A DNA stretch of 64,000 bases from Chitinophagaceae bacterium (GTDB lineage: Bacteria; Bacteroidota; Bacteroidia; Chitinophagales; Chitinophagaceae). A program made the position numbers and the translations under genes. Numbering within the stretch: position 1 is the stretch's first letter; each line of letters begins with the position of its first letter. The notes below the pieces were generated by a model that saw nothing but the letters and a program-made list of their open reading frames with translations, searched no databases and was not told the DNA's origin. The stretch spans positions 5,600 through 69,599 of the forward strand of contig CANFUJ010000001.1 in the NCBI GenBank assembly GCA_947450165.1, in the 5' to 3' direction. Shown in pieces: positions 21,400 to 31,166 of this stretch.

Positions 21400-21693
21400 A
21401 AAGCGAATTTACCGGTTATTTCTCCATCCTCTCAAAACAACCATCTACAAGATTTTATTGTAGCTCTTGAAATTTATAAAGCCAATCTTTATCTATACCT
21501 TAATAATGACGTTGAGTATTTCCAGAATGGCATAAGATTAAGTGAAGCGGAAAGGGACTTATTAGATGCTTCACATAGAAAGGTTTTATCTGCACATAAT
21601 ATTGAAGTAGTTGAAATTATTGGGTGTTGGGAGGGAAAGTTTGAAAAGGCTGTTCAAAAAATAAATGAAATTTTGTTGTCAGCAATAAAATAA
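21400..21693 (+). pseudogene. C-terminal fragment of a NadR-like (AAA_28) kinase/ATPase, no start codon
   Basis: Open frame directly after the TAA at 21397-21399: ..ANLYLYLNNDVEYFQNGIRLSEAERDLLDASHRKVL..IEVVEIIGCWEGKFEKAVQKI*. Confidence 0.55.
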
Positions 21694-21839
21694 TAATAAA
21701 GAATTAAAATAATTTCTATAAATTAGATTTATTGTTCATTTAAACATAACAAACCATGAGAGAAATATTTTTCTCAACTATATCGATACTGTGAATGTTT
21801 ACAGACTCGTAAATAAACAAAGTACCCAAAATTGTTAAA

Positions 21840-22757
21840 ATGAAATATTCACCTCCGATACCAGAATATTGTGATGAAAATGGATTAAGTGCAAATCACA
21901 ATAAAAAATTCAATGATCTAAGAAAGTATTTTTACAATCATGAAAAAGAAGAAATTTGGCAATCTTATCCCAAATTTTATATCCCACCTGTTTATAATAA
22001 GATTTGTAGAAAAGAATTTGTTAAAACCGAAATTGAAAAACATAGCATTGAAAAAAATGCTATTAATACTAAAGGAATATCAGAATCATCGTTTATATCT
22101 AAAGTTGCAGAAAAGTTTAAAAAAGAATATTTAAATCATGCTGTTTTCCCAGGCAAAGGGGGGATGCCGATTGTGCCAGATATTTTATTACATAATGAAC
22201 ATCTCAACTTTTATTTAGATATTGAAATTGATGAACCATATGCTTGGACAAAAAATATTGAAACTCATTATGCTGGTTCTGATACAAATCGTGATTTTGA
22301 TATCCTTTATGCCAATTGGTTTATACTTCGTTTCACAGAAAGACAAATAGTTGAAAAACCAGAACAATGCATATTGCAAATAGAACACGCTTTAGTTGTA
22401 ATAAATAATATAGTTGATAAAAAAATGGAAACAGACTTTGAAAGAGACTCTTTAATAGAAGAGCCTGCTTGGTCAAAAAGCGATTGCACCAAAATGATGA
22501 TTAGCGATATAAGAAACGATTATCTCTCTTCATTTACATCGACAAGGAGTCAAATTTCAAAATCAATGTCAATTACCGATGGAGACTCATTACTAATTGA
22601 ACGTTGGTTTGCTATTCCAGAAATATGGAGAAAAGTAATTGTTGAATCCATTTTTAACGAACAATTTACCGAAGAATTTGAAATTAGAAAAAACAAGCAA
22701 AATACTTATTGTCACTTGATAAGTTTAATGTTTGGGGTGCAGAGTCTGTTTCAGTAG
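21840..22757 (+). CDS. PD-(D/E)xK / Vsr-DUF559-like nuclease-domain protein (5' part of a frameshifted gene)
   Basis: VPDILL..YLDIEIDEPY..THY..RD..W.ILRFTERQI. Confidence 0.65.
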   Translation: MKYSPPIPEYCDENGLSANHNKKFNDLRKYFYNHEKEEIWQSYPKFYIPPVYNKICRKEFVKTEIEKHSIEKNAINTKGISESSFISKVAEKFKKEYLNHAVFPGKGGMPIVPDILLHNEHLNFYLDIEIDEPYAWTKNIETHYAGSDTNRDFDILYANWFILRFTERQIVEKPEQCILQIEHALVVINNIVDKKMETDFERDSLIEEPAWSKSDCTKMMISDIRNDYLSSFTSTRSQISKSMSITDGDSLLIERWFAIPEIWRKVIVESIFNEQFTEEFEIRKNKQNTYCHLISLMFGVQSLFQ

Positions 22758-23191
22758 AAAGAAACCTAAATAAGATTTCTTTTCAATTAACCACTCTTGA
22801 AGGTTTAGATAAACTAAAATTTCTTTATCGAGTAAAGAATTTTAGTTTATCATATAATTTGATTGATGATATAACTCAACTTTCTAATTTTAATAGAATT
22901 GAGGCACTTACTCTTTGGAACAATCCTTTAATAGATATAAGTCCTATTTCCGAAATGAAAAACCTATATCATCTTAATCTAAGCAACACAAAAGTAGAGG
23001 ATATTTCATGCTTAAAGAACTTACGTGAGTTGAAAAATATATCATTAGATTCGACAAGAATTACTGACATTTCTAGTCTTTTTGAAATGAAAAACCCTAG
23101 CTCAATTTCTTTACAATTTAATAAACAAATTTGTAGAGAAGAAATTGGAAAGCTTAGAATTAAGTTCCCAAAAGCATGGATTCTCTATTAG
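22709..23191 (+). CDS. Internalin-like leucine-rich repeat region (3' part of a frameshifted gene)
   Basis: Repeats LSLSYNLIDDITQL, LTLWNNPLIDISPI, LNLSNTKVEDISCL, ISLDSTRITDISSL; -1 frame relative to the upstream ORF. Confidence 0.75.
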   Translation: MSLDKFNVWGAESVSVERNLNKISFQLTTLEGLDKLKFLYRVKNFSLSYNLIDDITQLSNFNRIEALTLWNNPLIDISPISEMKNLYHLNLSNTKVEDISCLKNLRELKNISLDSTRITDISSLFEMKNPSSISLQFNKQICREEIGKLRIKFPKAWILY

Positions 23192-23219
23192 TAGATTAAA
23201 AAATTTAGAAAAAAATCAC

Positions 23220-23789
23220 ATGAAAAATAATTATCCTTTCATCGTTATTGAAGGTACAGATGGTTCAGGCAAATCAACTTTATGCAATTGGATCTCTGAA
23301 ACTTTTGGATATAGAAAATATAAAAGTATTGGCGGCGCTTTTGCTAAAGTAAAAGATGAGTTTGATATTAATAAAGTATCGATAAAGGAGCGGTTTAGCT
23401 TTCTTTGCGGTGAAGCAATTAATAATGCTTTCATTGTTAAAAAAGAGCTTCAAAACGGCAATCCGATTATATTCGACAGATACTATTATTCAACACTTGT
23501 TTATTGTGAAAGCTTAGACCCCAAAGTTTCATCAGAGTATAAGTTTCTATTTGATGAATTACCCAAGCCTGATTTGGTGCTTTTTGTTCAAACAAATTTT
23601 GAAAATATGCTTAATAGAATTAATGAGAGAGGCAGTTTAACATTGATTGAAAAAAAATACTCGATTGAAGAGAATTTTAATGTTCTAATTTCTAATTACA
23701 TGAAATTTATCGATACAAACAAAAAAATAATTGATAATAATAATAGCATAGATTTCGCTAAAAAACAAATAATTGAAATTCTATCATGA
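23220..23789 (+). CDS. Thymidylate-kinase-like nucleotide kinase
   Basis: IVIEGTDGSGKST, FDRYYYST, PKPDLVLFV. Start placed at MKNNY. Confidence 0.85.
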   Translation: MKNNYPFIVIEGTDGSGKSTLCNWISETFGYRKYKSIGGAFAKVKDEFDINKVSIKERFSFLCGEAINNAFIVKKELQNGNPIIFDRYYYSTLVYCESLDPKVSSEYKFLFDELPKPDLVLFVQTNFENMLNRINERGSLTLIEKKYSIEENFNVLISNYMKFIDTNKKIIDNNNSIDFAKKQIIEILS

Positions 23790-24781
23790 GTAAACAATCA
23801 TCAAAAATTACAATTGATAGTTTTAAAAACATTGACAGCATTGATTTGTATGTTAACTACTTATGCGGCCTTAGATGTAATCATTGTTTTATAGGAGAAT
23901 TGTTAAATTCTAATGTAGAAATGCCATTAGAATTAGCAAAATCAATTGTTGATAAAAGTAAATCAAATGGTGTTAAATCAATCACACTACTTGGTGGGGA
24001 ACCTACACTTTATAGTCAAATAATTGATCTTATTAATCATATAGTAGAAAATGAAATAGTAATTCGAATTGTTACCAATGGACAAAAATCATATCAAAAG
24101 CTTATCTCTAATTTATCGAAAAAAATTTTGAGTAAACTGCACGTATGCTTCAGTATTGATGGCTCAACAGGAACTGTTCATGATTTCATTAGGGGGAAAG
24201 GTACATTCTTAAATCTTGTAAATAGTATTGAATTAACAAGGTCTAAAAATATTTTACATTCTGGTATAACTTCTATTTCAAAAGATAATTATTATGATGC
24301 TACATCAATTATAACACTTTGTTCTACTTACAAAATGGAATATTTAAATGTTCATTATGTCACAGACCGTGGATTTGCTAAAAAAGAAAAAGTATTAAGT
24401 GTTGAAGAATGGTTGAAACTATGCGAAATAATAGAAGGAAAAATTACTAATATTCCAATCCGAATAGAAAAAACATTTGTTCCTATTTCTGATCAAATTG
24501 CTTGTGAAGTAATAAATAAAAGGAATTTGATTGTAGACCCATTAGGAAAAATATATGGATGCACAATGTTTATGAACATAAAAAATTCTGAGTCTGCAAC
24601 ATGGTCAACAAATGGAATTGAAATAAATAATAAAACCAATAATGAGAATTGTATTTGTTCAAACACAGAAAAAGGATGCCCGGCTATGCATTTAATTAAT
24701 AAAGAAATAATTAATGAAGCTGGTTTTAAGGGTTTAAAAATAGATTGCATATTTAATAAGACAACAGTAGAAAAAAAATGA
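23786..24781 (+). CDS. Radical SAM protein with SPASM/Twitch-like Cys-rich C-terminus
   Basis: CGLRCNHC (CxxxCxxC), GGEP, VTNG, SIDG; C-terminal C..DPLGKIYGC..CIC..GC; ATGA overlap with the kinase gene. Confidence 0.9.
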   Translation: MSKQSSKITIDSFKNIDSIDLYVNYLCGLRCNHCFIGELLNSNVEMPLELAKSIVDKSKSNGVKSITLLGGEPTLYSQIIDLINHIVENEIVIRIVTNGQKSYQKLISNLSKKILSKLHVCFSIDGSTGTVHDFIRGKGTFLNLVNSIELTRSKNILHSGITSISKDNYYDATSIITLCSTYKMEYLNVHYVTDRGFAKKEKVLSVEEWLKLCEIIEGKITNIPIRIEKTFVPISDQIACEVINKRNLIVDPLGKIYGCTMFMNIKNSESATWSTNGIEINNKTNNENCICSNTEKGCPAMHLINKEIINEAGFKGLKIDCIFNKTTVEKK

Positions 24782-24989
24782 AATTCTCATTTATGACTAC
24801 AAGCTTTTAATTTTAATAGAATAGTTTATTGTTTTGGGAGGTATTGGGAATTATTATTTCTGATGTTTTAAAAATCCAGAATTTATTAATAAATTTAATA
24901 TAGAAGTAAATGACAAAAGCATAAAGCTGTCTGAAGTAATAGAAGAGAATGCAATAATTGATAAATTAATGGAAGAGGTTTTAAAATAA

Positions 24990-24997
24990 TAAATTTG
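24990..24997 (+). promoter_or_regulatory. Bacteroidota -7 promoter box upstream of the RT gene
   Basis: TAAATTTG about 60 nt before the RT start. Confidence 0.4.
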
Positions 24998-25057
24998 ACA
25001 AAAGAAAAAGAGACAGATTTTTCCACGCGTCACTAACACAATTACCATTGACAATTG

Positions 25058-26749
25058 ATGAAGGAACAGAATAAAATATATGAGAAGTATTTTTTACCAA
25101 ACAACCTTAGGCTTGCTTGGGAAAGAATGGTGCGTTCCAATGGGAATGACATAAAAGATTTTTTCGGAATAGAAATATATTCCGCAAATCTTGAAAAGAA
25201 TTTAATCCGACTTTCAGATGCAATTATTAATGGCGAGTACAAACCGCAAAGACCATTCAAGTATTACGAACCGAAAGCATCAAAAACTCACAGGACAAAA
25301 TCTGTTTTAAGCGTTGAAGATGCTTTAGTTTATCAGGCAATCGCAAACACAGTTGCGGCAGCCAATTACAAAAGATTAGAAGAAAATAACCGTTTTGTTT
25401 TCGGTAGTGTGTTACACCCCGAAGTTGAAAAAGGAATTGACTTGCTGAATGAAGTTGATGCTGACTTTTATTTCTTTGAATACTACATTCCGCTTTATAA
25501 CAAGTTTATCAATTCGGTTAACACAGAAGTCAGCAACACAAATATTCGTTTCAAACTTGAAACGGATATCACAGGTTTCTTTGATTGTATCCCCCACTCC
25601 AAACTTTTAATCACACTGAATAAATTTGGAGTTGAAGAAGAAATACTTGACTTGCTTAACGAATGCTTAAACATTTATTCAGGAACAAAAGAATCTGTAA
25701 CGCCAGGAGTTGGAATACCACAGGGACCAGCAGCTTCATTTTTTTTCGCAAATGTTTTTCTCTCAGACCTTGACTATGAAATAAGCCAAAAGGGTTACAC
25801 GTATTATCGCTATATGGATGACATACGCATCTATGAAGAAACAGAAGACGAACTCACAGAAGCATTAGTGATGATTGATAATTTTCTTAAGGGCAGAGCA
25901 TTGTCATTGAACACGAAAAAAACTTCTATTGAAGAAATAACAGACCGTAAAGCAGAAAAACTTCCATTGCTTACAGCATACGGAGAAGAAACAGATGAAT
26001 ATGAGATTAAAGTTTCCACCAGTGAAAAACAAAAACAGATTTACTTGACGGAGCAAAGCCCCGACAACGACCAAGAGAAAAAATATACAATCAAAACTAT
26101 TGAAGGTGCCGAATTGATTAACTACTGCAAAAAGGAAATTTCAGAAGTTGAAAAATATTTACTTGATAAATTTAAGGACATCACAAAGCTCAACTTCAAT
26201 CCAAGAATATTGGCAAACGATGAACACTTGAAAAAGGAAATCATTCACATTGCCTACCGTTGGAGAAGTTCAAACGCTATTCTCAAAAATCTTGACAAAC
26301 CAATTCTGAATAAAGACCTTATTGAGATATGGCTTTTTTGCGTTGAATATTTTTTTTGGAAAGCAAATCATTTTTGTTGGAATTTGAATCAGTATGATGC
26401 AAACGAATTTGTTACTCAAAAACTAAATGAAATCATTCCAAAGTTTAAAAGTTTTGAGTGGGTTCGTTATCAGATTTTGTCAAACATGGCAACTGTTCAA
26501 AATTTTAATTCTTCAGAGTTAAAAGAGATTTTTAGGAAGTCAAAAGAAGAACATTCAGGGCTTGTTCGAATTGGTTACTACATGATTTTATTGAAACATT
26601 TGCAACCTGACAATCAGCTTTTTGCTTCGCTTCGCCAAGCAATCAAAGACGACAAAGAACCATACATTAGAAATCGCTTGTCAAGTTATTTATCAAGAAA
26701 ATCTGTTAACGAAAAAGTTGACGAAATAAAATATTGGTTTGGCTTATGA
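25058..26749 (+). CDS. Reverse transcriptase with helical (HEAT-like) C-terminus; UG/Abi (DRT-like) class
   Basis: RTKSVLSVEDALVYQAI, ETDITGFFDCIPH, GIPQGPAASFFFANVFL, YYRYMDDIRI, LSLNTKKT. No maturase or HNH domain seen. Confidence 0.9.
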   Translation: MKEQNKIYEKYFLPNNLRLAWERMVRSNGNDIKDFFGIEIYSANLEKNLIRLSDAIINGEYKPQRPFKYYEPKASKTHRTKSVLSVEDALVYQAIANTVAAANYKRLEENNRFVFGSVLHPEVEKGIDLLNEVDADFYFFEYYIPLYNKFINSVNTEVSNTNIRFKLETDITGFFDCIPHSKLLITLNKFGVEEEILDLLNECLNIYSGTKESVTPGVGIPQGPAASFFFANVFLSDLDYEISQKGYTYYRYMDDIRIYEETEDELTEALVMIDNFLKGRALSLNTKKTSIEEITDRKAEKLPLLTAYGEETDEYEIKVSTSEKQKQIYLTEQSPDNDQEKKYTIKTIEGAELINYCKKEISEVEKYLLDKFKDITKLNFNPRILANDEHLKKEIIHIAYRWRSSNAILKNLDKPILNKDLIEIWLFCVEYFFWKANHFCWNLNQYDANEFVTQKLNEIIPKFKSFEWVRYQILSNMATVQNFNSSELKEIFRKSKEEHSGLVRIGYYMILLKHLQPDNQLFASLRQAIKDDKEPYIRNRLSSYLSRKSVNEKVDEIKYWFGL

Positions 26750-27387
26750 ACTTTAGAGAAATAGAAAAAATAGAAAACATAGTTGTTTCAAATGAAACTG
26801 CTGTAAGCAGCCATTTCCATTTGGAAATACTTGAGGATTATTTTGCAAAAGAAAAAAGAAAGTCAGGTGCAAAAGAAAACCCGTTTGACTATTTCTATGA
26901 AGATGTAATTTCATCTTCACTTAGTTTTAATTTCAAATCTGTTTTAGGCGAAGCTCAATTCAAAAACGCATCAGAAGATGCGTTGGCATGTTTAGAAATT
27001 TGTGTTGACTTTTCTAAACTTCCTATTTATTCAATTAACGGTTGGCTACAAAACGCTTTGAAGTTTATAGATCATTTAGTTTTGCATTACATTCAAGAAG
27101 TGCTTAAAGAAACTCCAATCATTTTAGGCGGGGAAGAAAAATCAAGATACATTCAAATAAAAATGAAGAAAGGTGAAATTTCAGATGCAGGTAATAAACT
27201 TGTTTACTTGTATGAATTAAGAAGCAAACAGCTTGAACACAGAACAAGAGTTTTTCCAGACGGAAGGCAAGAAATTATATCACCACCAAGAAAACTTATT
27301 AGAAAAGAAATTGCAAAATCCTTTCCTAATGTTATGAAAATTTTTTTAAGCACTTACAAAGGTATTTATCCGCAATTCAATATTTAA
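26746..27387 (+). CDS. RT-coupled helical protein, possibly HEPN-like
   Basis: ATGA overlap with the RT stop; LYELRSKQLEHR (Rx5H). Confidence 0.55.
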   Translation: MNFREIEKIENIVVSNETAVSSHFHLEILEDYFAKEKRKSGAKENPFDYFYEDVISSSLSFNFKSVLGEAQFKNASEDALACLEICVDFSKLPIYSINGWLQNALKFIDHLVLHYIQEVLKETPIILGGEEKSRYIQIKMKKGEISDAGNKLVYLYELRSKQLEHRTRVFPDGRQEIISPPRKLIRKEIAKSFPNVMKIFLSTYKGIYPQFNI

Positions 27388-27533
27388 TAAGAATTGCTTG
27401 GTGTGTGAGAGTAAAGTTGTGCGACTAAATAATAAAATAAATGAAACACAATCATCTAATACGCCACATTTAATATAACATAATTATTATGGAGACATTA
27501 TTTAACCACATTAAAAAATATAATAAAATTTAA

Positions 27534-29981
27534 ATGGCCAATATTACAATAGGCAATTTGCTTCCTTCAAGATTATCAAGTTCTGACTTGACTAATAACA
27601 CTTTTGTTGGAATAGATTTTGGAACATCAACGACAGTTGTTTCAATTGCTGAATACGAACAAAATAGTAAGAAAATGAATTCTTATTCAATTAAAATAGA
27701 TCAAGAACTTTCAAATGGCATAAAGCACACATCTGAAAAAATTCCAACTGTGATTGCTTATCTAAAGCCTATTGGAAAAAACAAAATAATTGTAGGTCAA
27801 GGGGCTGCTGACCTAAAACATGCTCATGCATTTAAAATTGGTAAAAATATTTGGTACTCTTTCAAGACTGCAATAGGTCAGGATAAGGGAGCTCTATATT
27901 ATGATTGTGATATTGAAAATGAAAACTTGAAAATTAGAAACCCAAGTGATGCTGTAAGTTTATTTTTTAGGTTTTTGAAATCAAAGATTGAAGAATTTGT
28001 TTTGAAAAATAATTTATCTGGTAATATTAAATACACTATTAGTATACCAGCTTCATTCGAAGCCAATCAACGAAGAGAATTAATTACAGCATTAGCTTCT
28101 AATGGTATTCAGTTAGCTAAGCAATCACTTATCGATGAGCCCAATGCAGCATTTTTGAGCTATATCGAACAATCCTTCATTGAAGGTAACCCACTGAAAG
28201 TTCCGGATCATAGAAATGTCAATACGCTTGTTTTCGATTTTGGAGCTGGAACATGTGATGTTTCAATTTTAGAAATAGGAAATGGAGTAAAAGGGTTATA
28301 CTCAAAAAATCTTTCAATATCAAAATACTATGAAATTGGTGGGGATGACATTGATAGATTTATTGCTCTGGAAATACTATTGCCTCAGTTTGCAAACCAA
28401 TGCGAATTAAAAATTAGTGATTTACGAAAAGGTGAAATAAAAAAAGATATTTTACCACTTCTTCTGAAGACAGCAGAGCAGTTAAAAATTATGATTTGTG
28501 AAAAAGTTGACCTGCAATTTAGCAGTAAACTTTTGCCAACACTTGCTTTGTCTAATGAAAAGGTTGAAGTTGGATATGAAATTGAAATTGAAGTACCTCG
28601 TTTAGGCAAATTTATTTACACCAATCCAAGTTTAAGCTTTTCTGATTTTCAAAGTGCAATGAAGATATTTTGCAATCAGAAACAAATAAGACCTCATTCA
28701 ATTTTTGATTTCGTTAAACCTTTTGAATCAATCTTCAATCCAGTTAAGACAGCTTTACACAAGGCAAAACTTCGAAATGAAGATATTGATTATGTATTGT
28801 TCATTGGAGGTAGTAGTAAAAATCCCTACATAAGAAATGCAATTAATCAATATTTTCCTGACTCCGAAATAATTGTTCCATCAGATCTTCAAACGCATGT
28901 TTCTAAGGGAGCAGCAATTCATTCTTTAATATTCAACGGTTTTGCTAAAAATTTAATTCAGCCAATAACAAGTGAACCAGTTTTGGTTCTGACAAAGCAA
29001 GGGTTAGTAACTCTTATTTCAGCAGGTACAGAAGTGCCAAGTGAAATAAATCGAATAGATGATTTAATAATTTCAGAAGATGGATTAGAACTTGTTGAAC
29101 TTCCAATATTCCTTGGCTCAATAGACAAAATGCTTTTTAATTTCAAAGTTTATAGACCACATAATAAAAAGTTCAAGAGAGGAGATATAGTTAAAGTAGC
29201 AGCAGAAATTAATTCAGATAAGATACTTAGCTTGAGATGTTATATTGATGAAAGCGAGATAATTTGTGAGCCCCTTTCACCTTTTTCTAATTCGGAAATG
29301 ACAACAAACGAGAGAGTTGTCGCGATAGCGGAGAAAAATTTTAATATTCAAGCAGAAAGGAATAATGGTGTTCCTACAAAAGAAGGATACGAAAGTCTAT
29401 ATAAGTCTTATAAAGACAATGGATTTAAGTTGCTCGCAGCTCAAACTCTTGAAGAGTTGAACGATAAATATCCAAGTTCGAGTATGTTGAATGAAATTGG
29501 GGTATTATATTCAATTGCCGGAGATAAAATAAAAGCCCTAGAATACTATGAGAAGGCTCATTCTGCAAATCCTGGAAATTCAACTATCGCTTTCAATTTA
29601 GCGATTGAATATAAGTACGAAGACAATGAAAAATTTGAAAATATGGTTGAAAAGGTGCTTCAAATGGAACCAGATGACCCTGAAGCACTTTTAGAGAAAG
29701 GCAGAATTTTGAATAAAAAGAGTAAGAATTCTGGTAATGAATTGATTGAAAAAGCTTTTAACAAATACAAGTTAAAGTTTGATAATAATCGACTACAAGA
29801 ATGGGAATTTAGTTGGTTTGAATCAACCGCAAATGAACTTGGCAAGTTTGATATGGCAAGGCTAATAAGAGAAAGTCAGCCAAAACAAAAAACAGATGGT
29901 TTATGGAATGACAAAAACCTTACTAGTAAAAGTAATTTTTTAGAACAACTTAAAATTGGTAACGATGGCTTGGATGATTAG
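27534..29981 (+). CDS. Divergent Hsp70-family ATPase with C-terminal TPR-like region
   Basis: GIDFGTS, IPASF, IDEPNAA, FDFGAGTCDVS, GGDDID, FIGGSSKNP, VSKGAA; C-terminal LNEIGVLYS..ALEYYEKA..P TPR pattern. Not housekeeping DnaK. Confidence 0.9.
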   Translation: MANITIGNLLPSRLSSSDLTNNTFVGIDFGTSTTVVSIAEYEQNSKKMNSYSIKIDQELSNGIKHTSEKIPTVIAYLKPIGKNKIIVGQGAADLKHAHAFKIGKNIWYSFKTAIGQDKGALYYDCDIENENLKIRNPSDAVSLFFRFLKSKIEEFVLKNNLSGNIKYTISIPASFEANQRRELITALASNGIQLAKQSLIDEPNAAFLSYIEQSFIEGNPLKVPDHRNVNTLVFDFGAGTCDVSILEIGNGVKGLYSKNLSISKYYEIGGDDIDRFIALEILLPQFANQCELKISDLRKGEIKKDILPLLLKTAEQLKIMICEKVDLQFSSKLLPTLALSNEKVEVGYEIEIEVPRLGKFIYTNPSLSFSDFQSAMKIFCNQKQIRPHSIFDFVKPFESIFNPVKTALHKAKLRNEDIDYVLFIGGSSKNPYIRNAINQYFPDSEIIVPSDLQTHVSKGAAIHSLIFNGFAKNLIQPITSEPVLVLTKQGLVTLISAGTEVPSEINRIDDLIISEDGLELVELPIFLGSIDKMLFNFKVYRPHNKKFKRGDIVKVAAEINSDKILSLRCYIDESEIICEPLSPFSNSEMTTNERVVAIAEKNFNIQAERNNGVPTKEGYESLYKSYKDNGFKLLAAQTLEELNDKYPSSSMLNEIGVLYSIAGDKIKALEYYEKAHSANPGNSTIAFNLAIEYKYEDNEKFENMVEKVLQMEPDDPEALLEKGRILNKKSKNSGNELIEKAFNKYKLKFDNNRLQEWEFSWFESTANELGKFDMARLIRESQPKQKTDGLWNDKNLTSKSNFLEQLKIGNDGLDD

Positions 29982-31164
29982 TGAAGAAAAATTAGATCCA
30001 AATCAAAAGGAAATATTTAAAAAACCTATTGATAAAAATCTATGGATTAAAGGATTTGCTGGTAGTGGAAAATCAGTTTTACTTATCCATAAGCTTCGTA
30101 AAATATTAAAAGATAATCCCAATGCGGATACCTGTGTGGTTGTATTTACCTGGTCTATGATTGACATGTTTAAAACAGGAATGAAAGAACTTAATTTACC
30201 TGATACAATTCCAGTAATTACTTATTTCAAATTCAAAGATTTGGGGTCCAATACTTATGACTACATTTTCTGTGACGAAGTACAAGACCTTCCAGAGAGC
30301 ATATTAGTTTTAATGAAGAATCGATTAAAGCATAAAGGAAAAATCATTGTCTCGGGTGATTCCAATCAATCGATATATGAATTAGCCCCAGGTCTTATGG
30401 AACCAACTGTAAATCCTGAAGACATTGGTAAAGTAATAGATGCGGAAGAAATCGTATTGAATTACGTTCATCGTGTAACAAGAACAATTATTAATGCAAT
30501 ACAAAAATTGCTGCCCAAAACAAATATATGGGCTGCTAACCGTGAGTTTACTCCGCCAGATAGAAGTATTGCGCTTTACAAATCATCAAAGCAAGAGGAT
30601 GAGGTAAAATATGTTTTTGAAGAAGCGTTAAAAGGCCCTAATTCCTCTGGAAGAGACAAAATGGAAACTAGTGTTATTTTACTTCCAAGACATGATGAAA
30701 TTGTAAATTTCATTCAATTACTACTTTTGCAAAAAGGGTGTACTTCCTGGACTGAAAAAAAAGATCGGTATGGAAAGAATCCGGACTATGATGACCTTAA
30801 CAGATACTTATCATCCAATAGTATCAAATTGCAATACGTTGGAAATGGGAAAGGAAGTTTACAAGATGCCGAGAGAAACAGACAAGTAATTATAATGACC
30901 TATCATAGTTCAAAGGGGCTTGATTTTGATAATGTTTTTTTACCTTTTTTATCTTGGGATCTCTCAATCAGTAAAACAAAATCTGATGTACTTTTAATGG
31001 TAGCTATGACAAGAAGTAAAAAGAATTTAACGATTACATATTCTGGCAACCATCATGCATTACTTGAGAAATTTATTAACGATGATGCAATTGTAACGCC
31101 TATAAGTGTGAATAGCAATAAGAGCAACCTTTCCAATCTGAATGACATAGAACTAGACTTTTAA
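29965..31164 (+). CDS. Small SF1 (UvrD-like) helicase/ATPase
   Basis: GFAGSGKS, DEVQD, GDSNQS, TYHSSKGLDFD, MVAMTRSK; overlaps the Hsp70 stop. Confidence 0.85.
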   Translation: MAWMISEEKLDPNQKEIFKKPIDKNLWIKGFAGSGKSVLLIHKLRKILKDNPNADTCVVVFTWSMIDMFKTGMKELNLPDTIPVITYFKFKDLGSNTYDYIFCDEVQDLPESILVLMKNRLKHKGKIIVSGDSNQSIYELAPGLMEPTVNPEDIGKVIDAEEIVLNYVHRVTRTIINAIQKLLPKTNIWAANREFTPPDRSIALYKSSKQEDEVKYVFEEALKGPNSSGRDKMETSVILLPRHDEIVNFIQLLLLQKGCTSWTEKKDRYGKNPDYDDLNRYLSSNSIKLQYVGNGKGSLQDAERNRQVIIMTYHSSKGLDFDNVFLPFLSWDLSISKTKSDVLLMVAMTRSKKNLTITYSGNHHALLEKFINDDAIVTPISVNSNKSNLSNLNDIELDF

Positions 31165-31166
31165 TT

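Noticed and set aside
23786-24781. Radical SAM as a prokaryotic viperin
   Set aside because: The cluster motif context (YVNYLCGLRCNHC) and SPASM-like tail do not look viperin-like. Kept only as an analogy.
24780-24990. Possible ncRNA or small gene between the radical SAM gene and the RT
   Set aside because: Only a start-less ~40-codon open stretch and AT-rich sequence; no stable structure is evident by eye.
25058-26749. RT as a retron, group II intron or DGR
   Set aside because: No NAxxH/VTG retron motifs, no maturase/HNH domain or intron ends, and no TR/VR repeat pair seen. The leader after the -7 box is too short for an obvious msr-msd.
27534-29981. Calling the Hsp70 gene dnaK
   Set aside because: It is too divergent, has a TPR tail, and has no grpE/dnaJ context.
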